Below, piece after piece: positions 51,673 to 63,149 of a stretch of DNA of 64,000 nucleotides. Made by a program: the position numbers and the translations under genes. Source of the DNA: Trueperaceae bacterium (lineage in GTDB: Bacteria; Deinococcota; Deinococci; Deinococcales; Trueperaceae); assembly GCA_965213925.1 (NCBI GenBank), contig OZ243927.1:2400001-2464000 (forward strand), read 5' to 3'. The notes under the pieces were generated by a model, which saw only the letters and a list, made by a program, of their open reading frames with translations, was not told the DNA's origin and did not search any database. Numbering within the stretch: position 1 is the first letter of the stretch; the number at the start of each line of letters is the position of its first letter.

Positions 51673-53028
51673 ATGGCGGGACCTCAGTTGACACCCTCTC
51701 GAGACGCGCTAGAACGTGCGGTAAACGTGGCGCGCCATGTATTCGGCGTGTCTACCGTTCTCCTCGGCGGTGAAGGAGCGATGTTCGCGCGTGACTTGGA
51801 CGACCGACGAAAGGCAGCGCTCTGGTCACTTGCGCGCGCGCTAGACGTCTCTGAAAACGCCGACGAGGTCGCTGTCGTTCTCGACGCGGAACACGACGGG
51901 CGTTTGGCTCGGCACGAGGCGGTAAGGGCTGAAGGGTTCCGCTTCTTCGCAGGCGTACGCCAAGGCGATCAGCGCTTCTGCATCGCTCACAGCGAGCCGC
52001 GCGAGCATTTTAGTGAAGAGGAGCGCGCTGTTCTTTTAGATATCGCGACCTTGACCCTCGAGCGCTACGCCCTCCACACCGCCGCCGCCGCGCTCTATAG
52101 CAGCCGCGAATTCAATCAGCGGATGCTCGGTAGCATCCAGGATTGCATCAAGGTGCTTGACCTAAATAACACGCTTCTCTACATGAGCCCGAACGGGCAA
52201 AGGGCGCTAGAGCTTGACAACGTCGAAGACTTTCTAGGAACGTCGTGGCTCGAGCTGTGGCACGGCGCAGACACTCCAGACGCGCGGCGGGCGCTGCAGC
52301 GCGCTAAAGATGGAGAGATGGGGCACTTTCAGGAATCCTTGGCAACAGCAAAGGGTACGCCCAAGTTTTGGGACGTTTGGGTCACGCCCATGTTGGACCC
52401 CGAGGGGGAGCCCGAGAAGCTCCTGCTCGTCTCTCGCGACATCACCGCGCAAAAGCGGCGCGAGGACGAACTCGCGGAGTTGCGCGAAGAGCTGGAACTC
52501 GCCAATCTGAAGCTCGAGCACGACACCTTACACGACATGCTCACGGGCTTGCCCAACCGCAAGCTCTTCGCTGAACACGTCTGGAACGCGATCAGCCGCC
52601 TGGAGCGCCATTCCGAGCAGCGCTACGCGGTGCTCTTTCTCGACTTCGACGACTTCAAACGGATCAATGACGCCTTCGGGCACGGCGTCGGCGACGAGCT
52701 GCTCGTCGCCATCGCTGAGCGGCTCAAACGCGTGGTGCGTCCCTCGGATATCGTAGCGCGGCTCGCCGGCGACGAATTCACGGTGCTCCTGGGCGACGTG
52801 CAAGGTGAACGCGACGCGGCGCAGGCGGCGGAGCGCGTCGCGCAAGCTTTCGCAGAACCCTTGGAGCTGAGCGATGAAGTCCTGCGCGTCACCGTGAGCA
52901 TCGGCATCGTGATGAGCGAGCCGCACTACCGCCGACCCGAGGAGATTCTGCGCGACGCCGACGCCGCCATGTACCGCGCGAAGGCGGCGGGCAAAGCGGG
53001 CTACAGTCTGTTTCGACCTGCTTCCTAG
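51673..53028 (+). CDS. GAF-like/PAS diguanylate cyclase
   Basis: PAS ending SRDIT; LTGLPNR, RLAGDEF, ADAAMY. Confidence 0.88.
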   Translation: MAGPQLTPSRDALERAVNVARHVFGVSTVLLGGEGAMFARDLDDRRKAALWSLARALDVSENADEVAVVLDAEHDGRLARHEAVRAEGFRFFAGVRQGDQRFCIAHSEPREHFSEEERAVLLDIATLTLERYALHTAAAALYSSREFNQRMLGSIQDCIKVLDLNNTLLYMSPNGQRALELDNVEDFLGTSWLELWHGADTPDARRALQRAKDGEMGHFQESLATAKGTPKFWDVWVTPMLDPEGEPEKLLLVSRDITAQKRREDELAELREELELANLKLEHDTLHDMLTGLPNRKLFAEHVWNAISRLERHSEQRYAVLFLDFDDFKRINDAFGHGVGDELLVAIAERLKRVVRPSDIVARLAGDEFTVLLGDVQGERDAAQAAERVAQAFAEPLELSDEVLRVTVSIGIVMSEPHYRRPEEILRDADAAMYRAKAAGKAGYSLFRPAS

Positions 53029-53051
53029 TACCGAACTCGAGTAGGGTTTCT

Positions 53052-54433
53052 CTAGCGTCTTTGGGGCTCGAGTTTCCTTACGCGGCTACGTTCGTCGCGG
53101 CGCTCGAGTCCCGCCACGATAGCCTGCGCTCTGCGCCAGAGCCACGCCACCTGCACGCCGCTCCCGACGACGAACGCCGCCACACCGACGTAGAGCCCCG
53201 CGACGCCTTCCCAAACGACACCACCAACGAGAATCAGGGCGCTCACAGCCAAGGACAGCGCGACGGACTGCATGACGCTGCTCGTCCTTTTGCCGTGTAC
53301 GATCAGCCCCTGATACCAGTTTTGCAGCACGCTGAGGCTCGGCCAAAAGAGCGCGAACCAGAGACCCGACTGGGCAAGCCTCGCCAGCTCAGGCTCCAAC
53401 CCTGCGACGTTCTCGAACCAGAATGTGCTCAGTGGCGTCGCCGCGATGAGGAGGAGCGCGCCAAAAATTCCCGCCGTGAGGAGCCAGGTAAAGCGCCGCA
53501 AACTGCTCAGCGACTGCGGCTCGTCGGCGAGCGCCACGACGACTTCGTTATACGCCATCCCCAAGCTCCGAAAGATGAAGATAAAGCCGCTCAGGATAGG
53601 CCAGGCGGCTAGGGACTCTAACGCCCGAGGCATCCGCCCCAGCGCCGCGCTGCCGAGCGGTTGGACGAGCAAAAGGAGCAGCGAGGTGGCGGCGAGTGGA
53701 ATATAGAAGCTGTAGAACGCCGGCCAGGTAAGGTCGTCGTCGCGCGGTCCTTCCCTGAGTTCGCGCAGCGCCGGACGCACGCGCCAACCGATATAGACCA
53801 TTTCGGTGAGCACGCCCGCCGCAATCCCCAACGCGCCTACCACGATGCCGGGCAGCCCGCCTACGAAGACCGCCACGCTCACCCCGGTACTCATGGCGAG
53901 GATGTTCGCGCAGAGGCGAATGAGCGTCCCCGTACTCACCGCTCTGGCGTGTCCAAAGCGGATCAGCACCCCCTGATGAAAGCGGCGGTGCGCGATGCTC
54001 CAGGTCCAGGGCAAGATGACCATGAGCCCTAAGCGTGCGGGCCCCACAACCTCTTGCGGCGGGTTGAGCGCTGCGACGATGATGAGGTCGTAAAGCGGGG
54101 TGAAAACGAGAAGGATGTGGAGCAGCGTGAGCAGCCCGCCCGTCCACATCATGAAGCGGTAGAGCTTTTATACGACGCCCAGTCCTTGCTGAGCGCGGTA
54201 GAAGCGGCTAAGAGCATGATGACGGGCGCTTCGATGATGAGCGCCACAGGGAAGACGACGCCCCCGAGCGCGGCTAAGTTGATAGTCGGCTCGGCGAGGC
54301 GCGCGATAACCGCGCCCACGAGCGGCTGCTCTAGGCCCATAAAGAGCCAGCTCACGGCTAAGGGCCACCAAGTTTTGAAGATGTGAGAAAAAGAAAGCGC
54401 GTGCATGACGGCGTTTACCATACCCCGCGCCAC
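53052..54433 (-). pseudogene. MATE/ANKH-like membrane transporter, frameshift in an A-run near 54165
   Basis: WWPLAVSW...SYK continues as LYRFMMW if one A is restored; possible sequencing indel. Confidence 0.75.
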
Positions 54434-54516
54434 TCGTTTTAGATTGCGGGGCTAGCTGTGTTTCGAAGATAAAAGACGCGAGAAACATTCGGTCTTCTTA
54501 CTGACCCGCAGCTCAA

Positions 54517-54553
54517 TACGCTGTTAAGCAAGTTTTGCAACACTGTTGTCACC
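54517..54553. mobile_element. Left-end remnant of MITE family A
   Basis: tacgctgttaagcaagttttgcaacactgttgtcacc matches the start of the 9717 element. Confidence 0.65.
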
Positions 54554-54735
54554 TCGAGCCCCCGAACCTTCAACCGCGCCGCGTCCCACCCCTCTTGCCG
54601 CGCCACCTCTCGCAGCGCGCCAAAGTTCTTGTCCGTCAGATACGCCCGCGCACCGCGCTCGGCGAGTTGCGACGCCACGTGCCACCCGATGCCGCTGGCG
54701 CAACCCGTGACGAGGTAGACGCGCTCGTCCGTCAC
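54554..54735 (-). pseudogene. Truncated SDR oxidoreductase
   Basis: VTGCASGIG, ends at the MITE remnant after about 60 aa. Confidence 0.75.
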
Positions 54736-55994
54736 GTTGTGACCTGCTGGGTCGCTTGAACGGATGTGGCTTGTGTTGAGGCGGTTGCGGGGAGCGTTGT
54801 GGGGATGGTCTCGAGGAGACGCCGCAACGTCTTCGCGTAGACGAAGTGGTCCACCTCCAGCGCGTGCCGCTCGCTCTCTACAAAGCGCCGCTTACCCCGC
54901 ACGTCTTCGGGGATGACGTGCGCCAGCGTATGCGCCGCCAAGCCCACCGCGCGCCGCGCCCGTAGGTGCTTGGCGATGAGCTGCGCTTGCAAGTCGCAGA
55001 GCCAGAACATGCCGCTGTCGGGCTGGATGAGCCCCACGAAGAAGAGGCTCTTGTCGTCCAGATGAAAGACGTTGAGGTCCAAAGCGGGTATGCCGTTCTG
55101 CCAGGGCAAGAGAGCTTCGTTTAGAAAGGGAAACGAGACGCGGTAGCCCGTCGCGTAGATGATGAGGTCGATAACCTCGTCCGAACCATCGGCAAACGTT
55201 ACCGTCCGCTCCTCTAAAGAGGTGATGTCGGGCTTCGCGGTGAGGTCGCCGTGACCGAGATAGTACGTGAGCTGCGAGTTGATCGTCGAATGGCTCTCGA
55301 AGAGCTTGTGGTCGGGTTTGGGCAGCCCCAACGTGGTCGGGTCGCCGCGTACGATGCCCATGAGCACGTTGCTGAGCGCCCGCCGGACGCGCAGCGGCAC
55401 GCCTAAGCGGATGAGGTCTTCGGCGGCTTGGTCGGCGGGCTTGCCCAAGAGGTACCTGGGGATGAAGTGGTAGCCGCGCCGCAGGCTGTGAAAAGCGGCG
55501 TCGGCGTGCTGCGCCGCCTCCACCGCGATGTCGCAGCCGGAGTTGCCGCCGCCGCCGACTAACACGCGCTTACCGCGCAAGAGGTCGGGGTGTTTGTAGG
55601 CTTTGGCGTGGCGGGTTTCGCCCGTGAATGTGCCAGGATACGCAGGGCATTTCGGATGCCATAAATGCCCGTTAGCAACGATGAGCCCAGCGTAGTGACG
55701 GACCTCTTGCGTGTCGGTCTCGAACCGCCGCACCGTCACCGCCCAACCCCCATTCACCTTGCCGGCGTTCACCACTTCAGTCTTGAATTCGGCGTGGTCA
55801 TAGATACCGAAATGCTGTGCGTAGTTGCGCAGATAGGCTAAAACCTGGGTGTGCTTGGGATAGTCGGGATACGACTCGGGCATCGGGTAGTCGGGGTATT
55901 CGGTCAGCGGTTTGCTGGAGATGAGGTGCGTGGAGCTGTAGACGCTCGAGCCCTCCGCCCCGTAATACCAGTTGCCGCCCACGTCGTCCTCGCG
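54732..55994 (-). pseudogene. Flavin monooxygenase lacking its N-terminal FAD-binding GxGxxG
   Basis: REDDVGGNW, ANGH, HAKAYK, GGGNSG, ATGY. Confidence 0.8.
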
Positions 55995-56867
55995 CACCCG
56001 TTTGCGCCCCACTACCTCAGCGTCTCGGACTTTGAAGGCGACGAACTGCGCGTTCACTATCTGGATGAGGGAGGAGGTCCTACCGTGCCCCTCTTACACG
56101 GCGAGCCGACCTGGTCTTACCTCTACCGCCGCATGATTCCGCCGCTCGTCGGGGCGGGCTTTCGCGTCGTCGCGCCCGACCTCGTGGGTTTCGGCAAGTC
56201 GGACAAACCTTCTCAAAAAAAGGATCACACCTACGCGCGGCACGTGGGCTGGCTGAGAGAGGCGCTTTTTGAGAGGCTAAACTTGGAGGACGTGACGCTT
56301 TTCTGTCAGGACTGGGGCTCGCTCATAGGCTTGCGGCTCGTCGCAGAACACCCCGAGCGCTTCTCACGGGTGGTGCTGGCTAATGGTGGACTCCCAACTG
56401 GGGACGAAAAGATGCCCGTTCCCTTCAGAATCTGGTTGACGTTTTCGAAGCTGACGCCTGTGTTGCCTGTCGGGAGAATCGTTCAGCTCGGTACGACTAC
56501 AAAGCTAACTAAGGATGTGATCAAGGCGTACGGTGCGCCCTTTCCGAGCGAAGCCTATAAAGCGGGGGCGCACGTCTTTCCCTCGCTCGTGCCGAACCAT
56601 CCTGATGACCCTGCCGAGGGTGCCAACCGCCAAGCGTGGACCTCAGAAAAGTTCGATAAACCTTTTCTCACCGCCTTTAGCGACGGCGACCCGATTACCA
56701 AAGGGGGCGAACGCATCTTCCAAAACCGCGTGCCGGGAGCGCAAGGTCAGCCGCACGTTGTGACGAAAGGCGCTGGACATTTCTTACAAGAGGACCGCCC
56801 GGACTACTTGGCGAAGCGCATCACGCAGTTCATTCGCGGAGGTAGTCACGCTGAGCGCGTACACTAA
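55995..56867 (+). pseudogene. Haloalkane dehalogenase (DhmA-like), 5'-truncated
   Basis: PFAPHY, HGEPTWSYLY, QDWG, GHFLQED; no own start or RBS. Confidence 0.78.
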
Positions 56868-56901
56868 GCTGTATGAACCTTTCTTATATTTTGGAGCCCC
56901 T

Positions 56902-57430
56902 TTGAGCGTTCGTAAACGCAGTAACGGTCTCGCCACCCATCAGAAGATCGTCAGCGCCGCTGTGACGATTATGCGCGAGGAGGGACCGGCGGGCGTCGCC
57001 ACGGCGCGACTTGCCGAAGCGTCGGGTATCGTCCAGTCGGGCTTTTACACGCACTTCAAGAACGTGGACGAGGCGATCGTCGCCGCCGCCGAGCACACGG
57101 GGCGGCGTCTCCGTGACATCATCAAACGGTGGCGTATGGAGATCGTGGCGTTAGGGGACGTCACCGTGCAGCAACTCGCTGAACAGTATTGCGTCACTCA
57201 TCCACCTGCTCTTAGAGGAGCGCCACTTCACCGAACTCTACCTGCAATATCGGCGCACCCCGACCTCATTAGGTGCGGTGTTGCGGCAGTTTAAAATGGA
57301 TGTGGTAGCAGATGTCGTCGTGCATTTGGAGCAGATGATCCCAGCCGAATTTAGAGGTTTGGAGGACAACCGCTTCTCCAAGTGTCGCAGCCTGCTCATC
57401 CCCGACCACAAGGGCCAGCCGGACTGTTAG
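56902..57430 (+). pseudogene. TetR regulator, frameshift near 57190
   Basis: HTH LAEASGIVQSGFYTHF; the shifted frame continues ASLIHLLLEERHF. Confidence 0.7.
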
Positions 57431-58008
57431 GTGCTCGTCATAGAACACCGCACAGCACGAGGCGGAAGCGCGCTTCGAGCAAACCTTCGCCGCCAACCCG
57501 GCGCCCACTATGCGCGCCGGTTGCAGCCTCTATCAACCTTTTGGACGACCTCCGTATCCTCAATATCAATGAGGCATTTCAAAAGGCGACGGGTTTACTA
57601 AGGTAACCCACGACGGAAGGGTGTGAAGTATTACACATCTGTTGGTATGACCTTGCTACTATTAAAGGTGTAAAAAGTGAGAGAGTATACGTTTTAGGGG
57701 CAAGTATACGAATTCGGGGGGTACATGATCATCATTACTATTGGGCGAAAACGCAGCTCATTTACCAAACCCTGTTCAAACAGGAAGATCTAAATGAGAA
57801 GTTGTGTTCACTTCATCGTCCTAGAAGCGTTGCGCCAGGAGCGCAGCCAACTGAATGAGCGCTTGTCCAGCACGCCGGAGGGCGCGGGCGGCACTACTGA
57901 TAGCCCCACCGACAACCCGACCGGCGCAGAGCCGCAAGCACCTAACGTCAAATCAATAGGACCTGGTTAGTAGAACCTGAGTCAACGAGACTTCGCTAGG
58001 AGCGTTTT

Positions 58009-58155
58009 GTGAACATCATCTTATGGCTCATCTGTAGAAGCCTTAGCGGGCTGGATCGCCAGCCTCATCGTCAAGACAGACCAGGGTCTTCTGCTCGTTA
58101 TCGTCGGCTCAGCCGTGCTGCTCTTATCGTCAAGGCGGTCACGAGCCGAACCTAA
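58009..58155 (+). pseudogene. GlsB/YeaQ/YmgE stress membrane protein remnant
   Basis: NIILWLI../LAGWIASLIVKT../IVGSAVLL fragments in shifted frames. Confidence 0.6.
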
Positions 58156-58252
58156 CGATTTAGTACACAGGTGTTAGTACGTAGGTGAAGGAGGCAACTT
58201 GAATTGAGACCAGTCAACCCAACGCGCAGTATCACCCACAAGGGGGGACAAC

Positions 58253-58459
58253 ATGGCAGATAAGGACAGAGTCGGCGTTTACGGCGATGACACAACTACC
58301 GAGGTCGTCGAACCGACCCAAACGGACACGACTACAACTGAAACCCGCACAACTGAAACCTATTCAGCGGATGAGAAGAAGGGCGGGGGCATCCCGAGCT
58401 GGGCGATTGCACTGATCGTCCTGGTTGTCGTGATTCTCGCTATCATCCTCCTCTTTTAA
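58253..58459 (+). CDS. Small tail-anchored membrane protein
   Basis: RBS, Thr-rich body, C-terminal TM. Confidence 0.7.
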   Translation: MADKDRVGVYGDDTTTEVVEPTQTDTTTTETRTTETYSADEKKGGGIPSWAIALIVLVVVILAIILLF

Positions 58460-58466
58460 GGTAGGG

Positions 58467-59093
58467 GTGAATGAGGTGGAGTTCGTAACGCTCACCGACC
58501 TAGAAGGTCGCCGCACCAAAGCGGAACTGCTCTCTCGGGACGGGAGCCAGCGGCACATCCGCTTGGAGAGCGGTCAGGCCGTTTCCTTACCCGAAGATGC
58601 GTTGGTCAAGCAGAACGGCGGCGACTACTACCTGCTCCTCAAGCTGAGCGAGTTGGAGGCGAGTGCGGGTGAGCCTGAGAGGGCGGACGTGTCACCCGGA
58701 CGTGAAGAGGCTGTCATTCCCGTCGCTGAAGAGCGTATAAACGTCCAGAAGCGCCGGGTCGAAGGCGACACAGTGCGCGTGACGAAGCAGGTGCACGAAC
58801 ACGAAGAGGTCGTAGACGAACCCCTCCGTGGCGAAGAGGTCACCGTGGAGCGCGTCAAGCTGGGTCGGATCGTCGAGGAAGCCGAACCCATCCGCACAGA
58901 GGGTAACACCACCATCATCCCCCTGTACGAAGAGGTTTTAGTGGTCGAGAAGCGCCTCGTCTTGGCTGAAGAGCTGCGCGTGACGAAGCGGCAGACGGAG
59001 CGGCGCGAGCCGCAAACCGTGACACTTCGCCGCGAGGAGGCCACCGTAGAGCGCCTAGGACCAGGAGAGGGGGTGGTCGGGGGGGACGAATAG
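58467..59093 (+). CDS. YsnF/AvaK (DUF2382) domain protein
   Basis: IPVAEERINVQKR, EEVLVVEKRL, TLRREE. Confidence 0.88.
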   Translation: MNEVEFVTLTDLEGRRTKAELLSRDGSQRHIRLESGQAVSLPEDALVKQNGGDYYLLLKLSELEASAGEPERADVSPGREEAVIPVAEERINVQKRRVEGDTVRVTKQVHEHEEVVDEPLRGEEVTVERVKLGRIVEEAEPIRTEGNTTIIPLYEEVLVVEKRLVLAEELRVTKRQTERREPQTVTLRREEATVERLGPGEGVVGGDE

Positions 59094-59189
59094 AAGTATT
59101 CGCGAGATAGCGCATCACAAGATGCAGCCCATCAGAAACACAACGCACCAGAAACACAACCGTAACTCAGAACATAAAGGAGATACACC

Positions 59190-59951
59190 ATGGCAAACAC
59201 CATCATTGGACTCTACAACGACGCCAGCACCGCCGAGCGCGTGATCGACGACCTGACGGATAGTGGCTTTAACCGTAGCAATGTCGAGATGCACCGCGAA
59301 AGCGACGCTTCAGGCTTGCACAGTGAACTCGTGGACGAAGGCATCCCTCGTGACGACGCCGACTACTACGTCGAGGGGCTGCGCGACGGCGGCGTTTTGG
59401 TAAGTGTCCAGGCGGAGGACAGCGACACCGACAAGGCGGTGGACATCATGAACCGCTACGCGGATGAAGGCGGCTACGAGGACAGGCGCGAGTTCGACGA
59501 CGACCTCCGCACAGACGCTGACGGAACGAACGTTGACCGGGATGCGGGCAGAGGTACGAGGACCACGGACGACGACACCATTGAGGTGGCCGAAGAGCGG
59601 ATGAACATCGGCAAGCGTCGCGTCAACCGGGGTGGCGTCCGCGTGCGCAGCCGCGTGGTCGAGGAGGATGTCGAAGAGGACGTAACCCTGCGCGACGAAG
59701 AGGTCAGAGTGGAGCGCGAGCGCGTGGACCGTGAAGTAAGTGGCGCTGACGGCGACCTCTTTCAAGAGCGCACCATCGAAGCCACTGAGACGGACGAAGA
59801 AGCGGTCGTGGACAAAGAGGCCCGCGTCACCGAAGAGATACACGTCGACAAAGAGGCAACGGAGCACACCGAGACCGTGAGCGACACTGTGCGCCGCACG
59901 GAAGTAGACGTTGAAGAGACGGACGGCGACACGAGGCGCGACCGAAGCTAA
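59190..59951 (+). CDS. YsnF/AvaK protein with YflT-like N-terminus
   Basis: EERMNIGKR..GGVRVRSRVVE, DTVRRTEVDVE. Confidence 0.88.
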   Translation: MANTIIGLYNDASTAERVIDDLTDSGFNRSNVEMHRESDASGLHSELVDEGIPRDDADYYVEGLRDGGVLVSVQAEDSDTDKAVDIMNRYADEGGYEDRREFDDDLRTDADGTNVDRDAGRGTRTTDDDTIEVAEERMNIGKRRVNRGGVRVRSRVVEEDVEEDVTLRDEEVRVERERVDREVSGADGDLFQERTIEATETDEEAVVDKEARVTEEIHVDKEATEHTETVSDTVRRTEVDVEETDGDTRRDRS

Positions 59952-60011
59952 ATGACCAAACCAGGGGGGCTTTTCTGGTTCTCCGCTCACAGTATCTGAT
60001 AGGAGAACCTT

Positions 60012-60983
60012 ATGGCAGACGCACATCCGAGGCGTACCGACCGCGTCATCGTCGAATCAAACTCGAACGATTACGACCGCGACAATCGCGACGGCAGACC
60101 CGTCAAGCGCATCTCGTGGGGCGCGATTGTCGCGGGCGCGCTCACCGCACTTGCGGTGCTCACGCTCCTTAACCTGCTCTTCTACGGCATCGGCATCTCG
60201 ACGATCAACCCGACGAGTGAGCAGAACCCCTTTGCCGGCTTGCCCGTAGGGATGCTCATCGCGACCATCATCAGCAACCTGGTCGCGCTCTTCGTCGGCG
60301 GTTACGTCGCGGGCAAACTCGCGGGCACGCCGCGCACCTTCCCAGGGCTTATGCACGGCATCCTCACCTGGGTGCTCCTGACCATTTTCACCTTTTTCTT
60401 AGCCTCGACCGCCCTCGGCAGCCTGGTCAGCGGTGTGACGAGCACGCTCGGCTCGGCCTTTAGCGCCGCCAGCTCGGGCATAAGCAGCGCAGCCAGCGCT
60501 GTCCCCGTACCTAACTCACCGCAAGGCGCGACGAGCGCTCTCAACCAAATTCCAGGTCTTAGCAATGTTCAACAGCAGATCGACCAGCTTCTCAGCCAAG
60601 CGGGGGTACAAAATCCGCAGCAGGTCGCTCAGCAACTCACCAGCACGGCGGTCAACACCGTGCAGTCTGGTGAGAGCTTGACCTCGCAGGCGACGCAGCA
60701 GGAATTCACTCAAACCATCGCTCAGAACTCTGAGCTGTCCGAGCAAGAGGTTCAGCAGCAGGTGAGCCAGTTCACGCAGAACGCGCAGCAGCAGCTCGAT
60801 CAGGCGCAACAGCAGGCGTCGCAGACGGCGCAACAGGCTGCGAACGCGGTGGGCACAGCGGCGATTATCGCCTTTTTCGTCCTGCTTATAGGCGCAGGCG
60901 TCGCCGCTGCCGGGAGCACCGTCGGCAGCCCTAAAGATGCGCGCGAAGCGCAAGGTGAAGGCGCACGGACCCGCAGGGCGTAA
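60012..60983 (+). CDS. Membrane protein with a Gln-rich domain
   Basis: RISWGAIVAG, GGYVAG, HGILTW, several TMs. Confidence 0.8.
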   Translation: MADAHPRRTDRVIVESNSNDYDRDNRDGRPVKRISWGAIVAGALTALAVLTLLNLLFYGIGISTINPTSEQNPFAGLPVGMLIATIISNLVALFVGGYVAGKLAGTPRTFPGLMHGILTWVLLTIFTFFLASTALGSLVSGVTSTLGSAFSAASSGISSAASAVPVPNSPQGATSALNQIPGLSNVQQQIDQLLSQAGVQNPQQVAQQLTSTAVNTVQSGESLTSQATQQEFTQTIAQNSELSEQEVQQQVSQFTQNAQQQLDQAQQQASQTAQQAANAVGTAAIIAFFVLLIGAGVAAAGSTVGSPKDAREAQGEGARTRRA

Positions 60984-61110
60984 ACCGTCAACTTTGCAAC
61001 ACCTTCGTACCAAGCCCAGGTTTCAAGCTCAGATTAAACGACCTAACGCGCATAGATGCGCTCACTACAAGAACCTCATTCACGCACACCTCAGTCCAAG
61101 GGGGGACATT

Positions 61111-62442
61111 ATGTCACAGAACACACCACAATCCGCCTCACAGAAACGAATTCTAACCTGGCTCAATGACGCCTACGCGATGGAGACCGAGGGCGCGAAA
61201 ACGCTCGAGCGCCACGCGAACGCCGCCGAGAACTACCCCCAAATCCAGTCGAAATTGCAGCGCCACGCCGAGGAGACGCGCCAGCACGCCGAGAAGGTCA
61301 AAGGTTGCGCCCAGCGGCTCGGCGGGCAACCGTCCGCCGCTAGGGAAGCGTTAGGCACGGTGATGGGCACGGCCAGAGGCGTCGCCACTCGCGCCGCTAA
61401 AGACACCGTCGTCAAGAACGTGCTAGCCGACTACGCCTCTGAGCACTTCGAAATTGCCTGCTACAAGTCGCTCATCGCCGCCGCCGAAAGGGAGGGCGAT
61501 CAGGAGACCGCCAGGGTCTGCCGAGAGATTTTAAGAGAAGAAGAAACGATGGTTGGGTTTTTAGACGAGCAAATAGGCGACGTAACCGAGCAATTCCTGA
61601 GCAAGCAGGCGAGCGAAGAGCAGAGCAGCAGCGGCTCGAGTTCGCAAGACATGCAGGAGACAGGTCAGAAACTCCTCAAAGGGGCGCAGCAAAACGCCCT
61701 GCCCATCGTGGGCGGACTCGTCGTCGCGGGCGCAGGAGCGGGACTCTTACTCACGCGCGTGCTCGGGGGCAAACAACAGTCCAGTGAGGACCAGGACGCG
61801 GACCGAGACGTGTACGGAAGCTCAGGCTATCAAGAGGAGAGCAGCCCGTACAGCGCCGTCCAGGGCGGAGCCTACTCGGGCGAAGCGGCCGGCTACGCCC
61901 AACCCCTCGAGCAACCCTATGATCAGCCTTCGGTGACGCCGACCCAGCTCGAGTTGGATGTTGATAGTGGGTTGCAGGGTGACCTGCAAAGCGATGGGCT
62001 GCAAAGTGATGGGCTGCAAAGCGGTGACTTGCAGAGTGTCGGGTTGCAAAGTGGCGATTTGCAGAGTGGCAGCTTGCAAGACGACCTTCAAAACAGCGCG
62101 CAGCGTGACAGCTTTGAAAACGACGTTGTAGGCGTGCAGAGTGTCACGGACCAAAGCCCCGCTCGAAGCGGTGATGCGAGTCCCGCAGTTGTAGAGGTTG
62201 CCGAGACCGAAGAATCTCCAACCGGCGACCCGGTAGCAGATGAGGTCATGACGCGCCTCAAGGAGCACAGACAGGTGGACGACAGCGACATCGAGGTCAC
62301 CGTGGAGAAGAACGGGCGCGTGACCTTAAAAGGCGTGGTTGACAGCAAGGACATCAAGCAGCGGGCGGAAAAGGCTGTCGCGGGCGTGTTGAGCGTCAGC
62401 CAGGTCCGCAACCAGCTCAAGGTGAAGTCGCAAAAAGCGTAG
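61111..62442 (+). CDS. DUF892 ferritin-like, TM, acidic linker and BON fusion protein
   Basis: WLNDAYAME, HAEET, EHFEIACY; C-terminal VTLKGVV..AE..V.NQLKV. Confidence 0.85.
   Translation: MSQNTPQSASQKRILTWLNDAYAMETEGAKTLERHANAAENYPQIQSKLQRHAEETRQHAEKVKGCAQRLGGQPSAAREALGTVMGTARGVATRAAKDTVVKNVLADYASEHFEIACYKSLIAAAEREGDQETARVCREILREEETMVGFLDEQIGDVTEQFLSKQASEEQSSSGSSSQDMQETGQKLLKGAQQNALPIVGGLVVAGAGAGLLLTRVLGGKQQSSEDQDADRDVYGSSGYQEESSPYSAVQGGAYSGEAAGYAQPLEQPYDQPSVTPTQLELDVDSGLQGDLQSDGLQSDGLQSGDLQSVGLQSGDLQSGSLQDDLQNSAQRDSFENDVVGVQSVTDQSPARSGDASPAVVEVAETEESPTGDPVADEVMTRLKEHRQVDDSDIEVTVEKNGRVTLKGVVDSKDIKQRAEKAVAGVLSVSQVRNQLKVKSQKA
61972..62091 (+). repeat. 15-bp tandem repeat encoding LQ(S/G)xx pentapeptides
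   Basis: About 8 units of (c/t)tgca(a/g)ag..g..g.. Confidence 0.8.
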
Positions 62443-62464
62443 CACTCGCACTTAGGAGACCGAC

Positions 62465-62938
62465 ATGGATAAACTCAGCAGCCTCTTCGGGGGCGACCAG
62501 AACCGTCATGACGAGCTGCGCGACTTCGAGCGCCGCCACCGCGACAACCCGGACGACATCTCCGAAGAGGAGGCGGCGCGGCGCTACCGCGAGATGATGG
62601 CCCACACCCACGATGAGGACGAAGACGAGGAGATGCACCGCGAGTACGAGCGGGCCTTTTCGCAGATGTCGCCCGAGGAGCGGCGCACCTTGGCGCAGCG
62701 CTTTCAAGAGGCGCATCATGACAGCGACCGCTCCTATAGCCACCGAGAAACGCAAGACCTGGACCAAGCCAGCTCGCCGCGCTCGCTCGGACGCATGACG
62801 CGCCAGGCCGCACACAAAGACCCTGACCTGCTCCAGCAGCTCACCGGGCCGGGTAGCCCCCTGTCGGGCAGGGTCGGCAAGATGGCGATGTCCGGGCTCG
62901 CCGCCTACGCCGCCAAGCGTTTTCTAGGCCGCCGATAA
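62465..62938 (+). CDS. Hypothetical protein, paralog of 45677-46162
   Basis: AGGAG RBS; RDFERR, EAARRYREMM, DPDLL, AAKRFLG. Confidence 0.8.
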   Translation: MDKLSSLFGGDQNRHDELRDFERRHRDNPDDISEEEAARRYREMMAHTHDEDEDEEMHREYERAFSQMSPEERRTLAQRFQEAHHDSDRSYSHRETQDLDQASSPRSLGRMTRQAAHKDPDLLQQLTGPGSPLSGRVGKMAMSGLAAYAAKRFLGRR

Positions 62939-63149
62939 GGTAGACGCTCGAGGCGTCGCAGCGGCGAGCATTCAGGAGGTCAGGGCGTAGGCTCTGACCT
63001 CCTCTCACGTCTCGAGGTTTAGCCGAGCATTGATGCGGCTGCTCTAGTGTCACGCCTAACGCGGTTGTTCTATGATGTTGAAGACGCTAAGGTCAACTTT
63101 ATACGCTTCTCGTCGCGGGCGAGCATCCACAGCAGCTCATAGTGCACCG

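Noticed and set aside
55851..56057. True overlapping genes on opposite strands
   Set aside because: Explained by the deletion junction between two 5'-truncated genes
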